Below are positions 60,918-64,000 of a stretch of DNA of 64,000 nucleotides, piece after piece. The stretch comes from an uncultured delta proteobacterium (GTDB taxonomy: Bacteria; Myxococcota; Myxococcia; SLRQ01): NCBI GenBank assembly GCA_963727485.1, contig CAVSGM010000001.1, forward strand, positions 1,056,001 through 1,120,000. The letters are read 5' to 3'. The notes beneath the pieces are model-generated. The model worked only from the letters and a program-made list of their open reading frames with translations. It had not been told where the DNA came from and ran no database searches. The translations under genes were made by a program, and so were the position numbers. The first letter of the stretch is position 1. The number at the start of each line of letters is the position of its first letter.

Positions 60918-61846
60918 TGGTTCCTCATCCGGGCCTCGAGGCGTTCGATGTTGTGGGCCACCCGCCGGTCGTCGGGGCGCTGGTCCCGGCAGGCGCGGAA
61001 GAGCTCGAGGGCGCGGTCGAGATCGCGCCGCACGTAGGCCTGGGTGGCTTCGCGGAACAGGTCGTCGTAGGTGGGCCCGGTCTCCTCGGCGGCCGGCGGG
61101 GGCTCCGGTTCCGGCACCAGGGCCAGGGGCGGCCCCGGGGGCGCCTCCGGGGCGTCGGCGGCGTCGAGAGAGAGCACGCCCCGCTCCAGGAGCCGGGCCA
61201 GGGCCCGGGCGGTGGCGAAGCGGCCGGCCCGGGACGACTCGAGGATGTCCCCGGCGGTGGCGATGCCGTCGACGAGCTCGAGGACCAGGCTCTCGGTGGG
61301 CGTGGGGCGCCGCTCGGCGAGGCGCGCCTCCGCCGCCGCCGCCCGGGTGGGGATCCGGTCGAGGTGGCCGAGGCGCTCGAGGTGGGCGGCGTGGAGCTTC
61401 TGCTTGAGGAGCTGGATGCCCCGGGACACCGAGGGGTTGTCCGGAGCCACCTTGCGCATCCGGTAGAGGACGTCGAGGGCCTCGTCGTAGCGCTTCTCCC
61501 GGAGCAGGGTCACGAACCGGGCCTTGTCCAGGGTGGGGTCGTCGGCGAGCCCGACGTCGGCCCCGTCCTCGAGCTCCTCGACCACCGCCCGGAGCGCCGC
61601 CGGCGCCGGGTCCCGGCGCTCCACCGGCTCCACCGCCGGGGCCGGCGCCTCGTCCGGCGCGGCGGGGGCGTCCTCGTGGCCCTCGGCGGCCAGGGCCGCG
61701 AGGTACTCGTCCGCCCGGGGATCCGCCGCGTCGAGGAGCCGGGCCTCCCGCCAGCACCGCGCCGCCTCGTCGAAGCGGTTCATGGCGTAGAGGTCGAGGC
61801 CGGTGCGCAGGAGCACCTCGAGGCGGCTCTTGGGGCTGGAGGCCAT
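60914..61846 (-). CDS. TPR - winged-helix - TPR protein
   Basis: N-terminal TPR (GLDLYAMNRFDEAARCW), central LELVDGIATAGDILESS....F...RALARLLERGVL wHTH, C-terminal TPR (AYVRRDLDRALELF); ATGA overlap with the ParA gene. Confidence 0.75.
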   Translation of the reverse strand: MASSPKSRLEVLLRTGLDLYAMNRFDEAARCWREARLLDAADPRADEYLAALAAEGHEDAPAAPDEAPAPAVEPVERRDPAPAALRAVVEELEDGADVGLADDPTLDKARFVTLLREKRYDEALDVLYRMRKVAPDNPSVSRGIQLLKQKLHAAHLERLGHLDRIPTRAAAAEARLAERRPTPTESLVLELVDGIATAGDILESSRAGRFATARALARLLERGVLSLDAADAPEAPPGPPLALVPEPEPPPAAEETGPTYDDLFREATQAYVRRDLDRALELFRACRDQRPDDRRVAHNIERLEARMRNQ

Positions 61847-61910
61847 TCGGGCGGTCGGCGTCGGGTCGGGGGGTGGGGTCTGGATGGAGGGCGCCGTGGA
61901 TCGCCGGCCG

Positions 61911-61941
61911 CGCGAGGATTGCCTCAGAGGCAATCCTCGCG
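61911..61941. repeat. Perfect 15-bp inverted repeat
   Basis: CGCGAGGATTGCCTC-A-GAGGCAATCCTCGCG. Confidence 0.85.
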
Positions 61942-62090
61942 TTTCGGTCGGTCGCTGGGTTTCTTCACCACGTGGAGCCTCGGAGGGGATGTGCCCAGGG
62001 GCCGGGCCTGGCTGGTCCGGGAACTGGGCACCTCTTCCGGCGTAATCGAGGCCCATCCTCGATGCAAGTCAGGAGTTGGACCGGCGGGAC
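61941..62090 (+). ncRNA. Candidate rod-shaped structured RNA, 6S-like
   Basis: Nested pairing by hand: GTTTCGGTCGGTC/GACCGGCGGGAC, GGTTTCT/AGGAGTT, central bubble, TGGAGCCT/AGGCCCA, CGGAGGGG/CTCTTCCG, GTGCCCAG/CTGGGCAC, CCGGGCC/GGTCCGG; about ten G-U pairs favour the + strand. Confidence 0.5.
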
Positions 62091-62131
62091 CATGTAATGG
62101 CCACCCCCAGGTGCGCGCGAGGGCGCTGCCG

Positions 62132-63928
62132 TCACCGCTTCGGGGCGGGCGTCGCGGCCTCGCCGCCGGTGCCCTCGGGGGCCGCCTCCGGTCGTGTCTC
62201 GTCGCCGCCGGTCACCTCGCCCTTGCCGGCGGTGGGGTCGCCGAAGCGCTCCCGGAGGGCCTCCAGGGACGCGGCCCGGGCGGCCACCACCACCCGGTCG
62301 CCGCTCTCGATGATGGTGTCGCCGTGGCCGGCGAGGGTGGTGCGGTCCCGGAGGACCGAGACCAGCACCGCGTCGTCGGGGAGCCCGAGGCTGCGCACCG
62401 GCTGCCTCGCCGCCGGCGACCGCGCCCCCACCCGGAAGGCGTAGAGGTAGCGGTCGGTGCCCGGCAGCGGCACGGCGTCGCCGCTGCCCAGACGGTCGGC
62501 GAGCTCATGGACGATGACGTCGTCCTCGAGGTGGAAGCGGTGCTGGCGCAGGAGCGAGAGGGTGGCCCGGTAGTACTCGCGGTGGTGGACCGGGCTGTCC
62601 GCCGGCGAGTCCACCTGGGACTCGTAGAGGCTCTGGTACCTGGCGTTGCGGGTGAGGCGCTGCTGGACCACCACCGAGATGACCACCGCCACCATGGTCG
62701 GCACCACCAGCCCGTAGCTGCCGGTCAGCTCGGCGACCATGATCAGCGAGGCGAGGGGCACCCGGGCCGCGCCGGCGAAGACCGCGGCCATGCCCACCAC
62801 CGCGAAGGCCTGGGGCGGGATGGAGGTGCCGATGACCGTATGGGAGAGCGCCGCCAGGCCCCCACCGAGCATGGCGCCCACGTAGAGGGTCGGGGCGAAG
62901 ACGCCACCGGAGCCGCCGGAGCCCATGGTCAGGGCCAGGGAGATGAGCTTGGCGAAGGCCAGGCCCAGCATCAGCATCATCGGCAGCCGCCCGTCGATGG
63001 CCAGCTGCATCCACCCGTAGCCCCCGGAGAGGACCTGGGGCAGCCACATCGCGGGGATCCCCAGGAGCAGCCCGCCGATGGCCGGCTTGAAGTGCGGGGC
63101 GATGGGGATCTTGTGGAAGAGATCGCGCATCCCGTAGAAGACCGTCGGCGCCACCGAGGCCAGAAGCCCCGCCACCAGGCCGAGGCCGGCGTAGGCCACC
63201 AGGTGGCTGGCGTGGTCGAAGGCGAGGTGGGGCGGGAGGTGGAAGAGGGGCGCCCAGCCGGAGATGGCGCCGGTGACGCCGTAGGCCACCGCCGAGGCCA
63301 CGATGGTGAACCCCAGCGCCGTCCCCTCGAAGGCGAGGCTGCCGTAGAGGATCTCCACGGCGAAGATGGCCGTGCCCAGCGGGCTCTTGAAGATCGCCGA
63401 GAGGCCGGCGGCCATGCCCATGAGCACCAGGTAGCGCCGGTCGTCGTCGGAGAGCTTGAGCAGGGAGCCCAGGACCGAGGCGAAGCCCGCGGCGATCTGC
63501 GCCGACGGCCCCTCGCGCCCGGCCGAGCCCCCCGACCCGATGGTGATGGCGCTGGCGATGGTCTTGACCACCGGCACCCGCGCCCGCATCCGGCCCCCCT
63601 CCTGGTGGTAGCTCTTGATGGCGGCGTCGTCGCCGTGGCCCTCGGCCTCGGGGGCGAAGAAGTAGACCAGGGCCCCGGAGACCAGCCCGCCGAGGACCAG
63701 GATCAGGGGCAGGTGCCACCCGAGGAAGTGCACCGACGGGATCGCCCCGCCGCCGGCGACCTGGTCAGGGGTGGGGAGCTGCCAGCCGGTGAACCAGGTC
63801 AGCAGGTACTTCTCGGTCAGCCCCAGCATCCAGAGGAAGACCTGGGCGCCGAGGGCTCCGAAGGCGCCGACGATCACGGCCAGGCCGAGCAGCCGCGCGT
63901 TCTGCGTGAGTTTCGGACGCCGCGTCAC
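62132..63928 (-). CDS. ClC chloride/proton transporter with C-terminal TrkA-C (RCK-C)-like domain
   Basis: GGAGG RBS, GTG 63928; APEAEGHG, GSAGREGP (gating Glu), GGSGGVFAP, QSLY; C-terminal LPDDAVLVSVLRD...GDTIIESGDRVVV. Confidence 0.92.
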   Translation of the reverse strand: MTRRPKLTQNARLLGLAVIVGAFGALGAQVFLWMLGLTEKYLLTWFTGWQLPTPDQVAGGGAIPSVHFLGWHLPLILVLGGLVSGALVYFFAPEAEGHGDDAAIKSYHQEGGRMRARVPVVKTIASAITIGSGGSAGREGPSAQIAAGFASVLGSLLKLSDDDRRYLVLMGMAAGLSAIFKSPLGTAIFAVEILYGSLAFEGTALGFTIVASAVAYGVTGAISGWAPLFHLPPHLAFDHASHLVAYAGLGLVAGLLASVAPTVFYGMRDLFHKIPIAPHFKPAIGGLLLGIPAMWLPQVLSGGYGWMQLAIDGRLPMMLMLGLAFAKLISLALTMGSGGSGGVFAPTLYVGAMLGGGLAALSHTVIGTSIPPQAFAVVGMAAVFAGAARVPLASLIMVAELTGSYGLVVPTMVAVVISVVVQQRLTRNARYQSLYESQVDSPADSPVHHREYYRATLSLLRQHRFHLEDDVIVHELADRLGSGDAVPLPGTDRYLYAFRVGARSPAARQPVRSLGLPDDAVLVSVLRDRTTLAGHGDTIIESGDRVVVAARAASLEALRERFGDPTAGKGEVTGGDETRPEAAPEGTGGEAATPAPKR

Positions 63929-64000
63929 CCCTGCCTCCCACTCGCCCCCGACCACCGGCGGCGCCGGCGCGTCTCCGAGGCCCGGCCGGGCACCCACGGA

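Noticed and set aside
61990..62030. SRP (4.5S) RNA
   Set aside because: GGTCCGGGAA resembles the SRP core, but the CAGG...GGAA-GGAAGCAG domain IV motif is absent.

Overview
High-GC, gene-dense chromosomal window with a myxobacterium-like (Myxococcota) gene repertoire; the taxonomy is inferred from gene content only. It holds about 50 CDS and three tRNA genes. From left to right: an NtrBC-type two-component pair plus a stand-alone receiver; a GH87-like alpha-1,3-glucanase lipoprotein; prolyl oligopeptidase; a CBM9/DUF5916 outer-membrane protein; a sigma-54-driven phospholipase D lipoprotein; housekeeping genes (RlmL-like methyltransferase, panD, M18 and M19 peptidases, aguA-aguB, ABC-F); a stand-alone quinol NO reductase; tRNA-Val/tRNA-Asp; a six-gene signalling cluster with two degenerate GGDEF proteins; a Cys-repeat lipoprotein; a baeRF/Vms1-like release factor; tRNA-Ala followed by a ~6 kb accessory islet (paralogous lipoproteins, TetR remnant, ECF sigma/anti-sigma, AT-richer HD gene next to an IS91/ISCR remnant); an elb-like ether-lipid operon with an appended ferredoxin; a tightly coupled six-gene minus-strand operon; a rod-shaped 6S-like RNA candidate; and a ClC transporter. 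The best candidate for an undescribed system is that minus-strand operon at 57253-61846 (TPR/wHTH protein, ParA/MinD ATPase, two roadblock-like proteins, tandem V4R/H-NOX-fold protein, small ORF; no small GTPase). Four genes carry single-base frameshifts that look like sequencing or assembly errors. All family calls come from motif reading, with no database searches.
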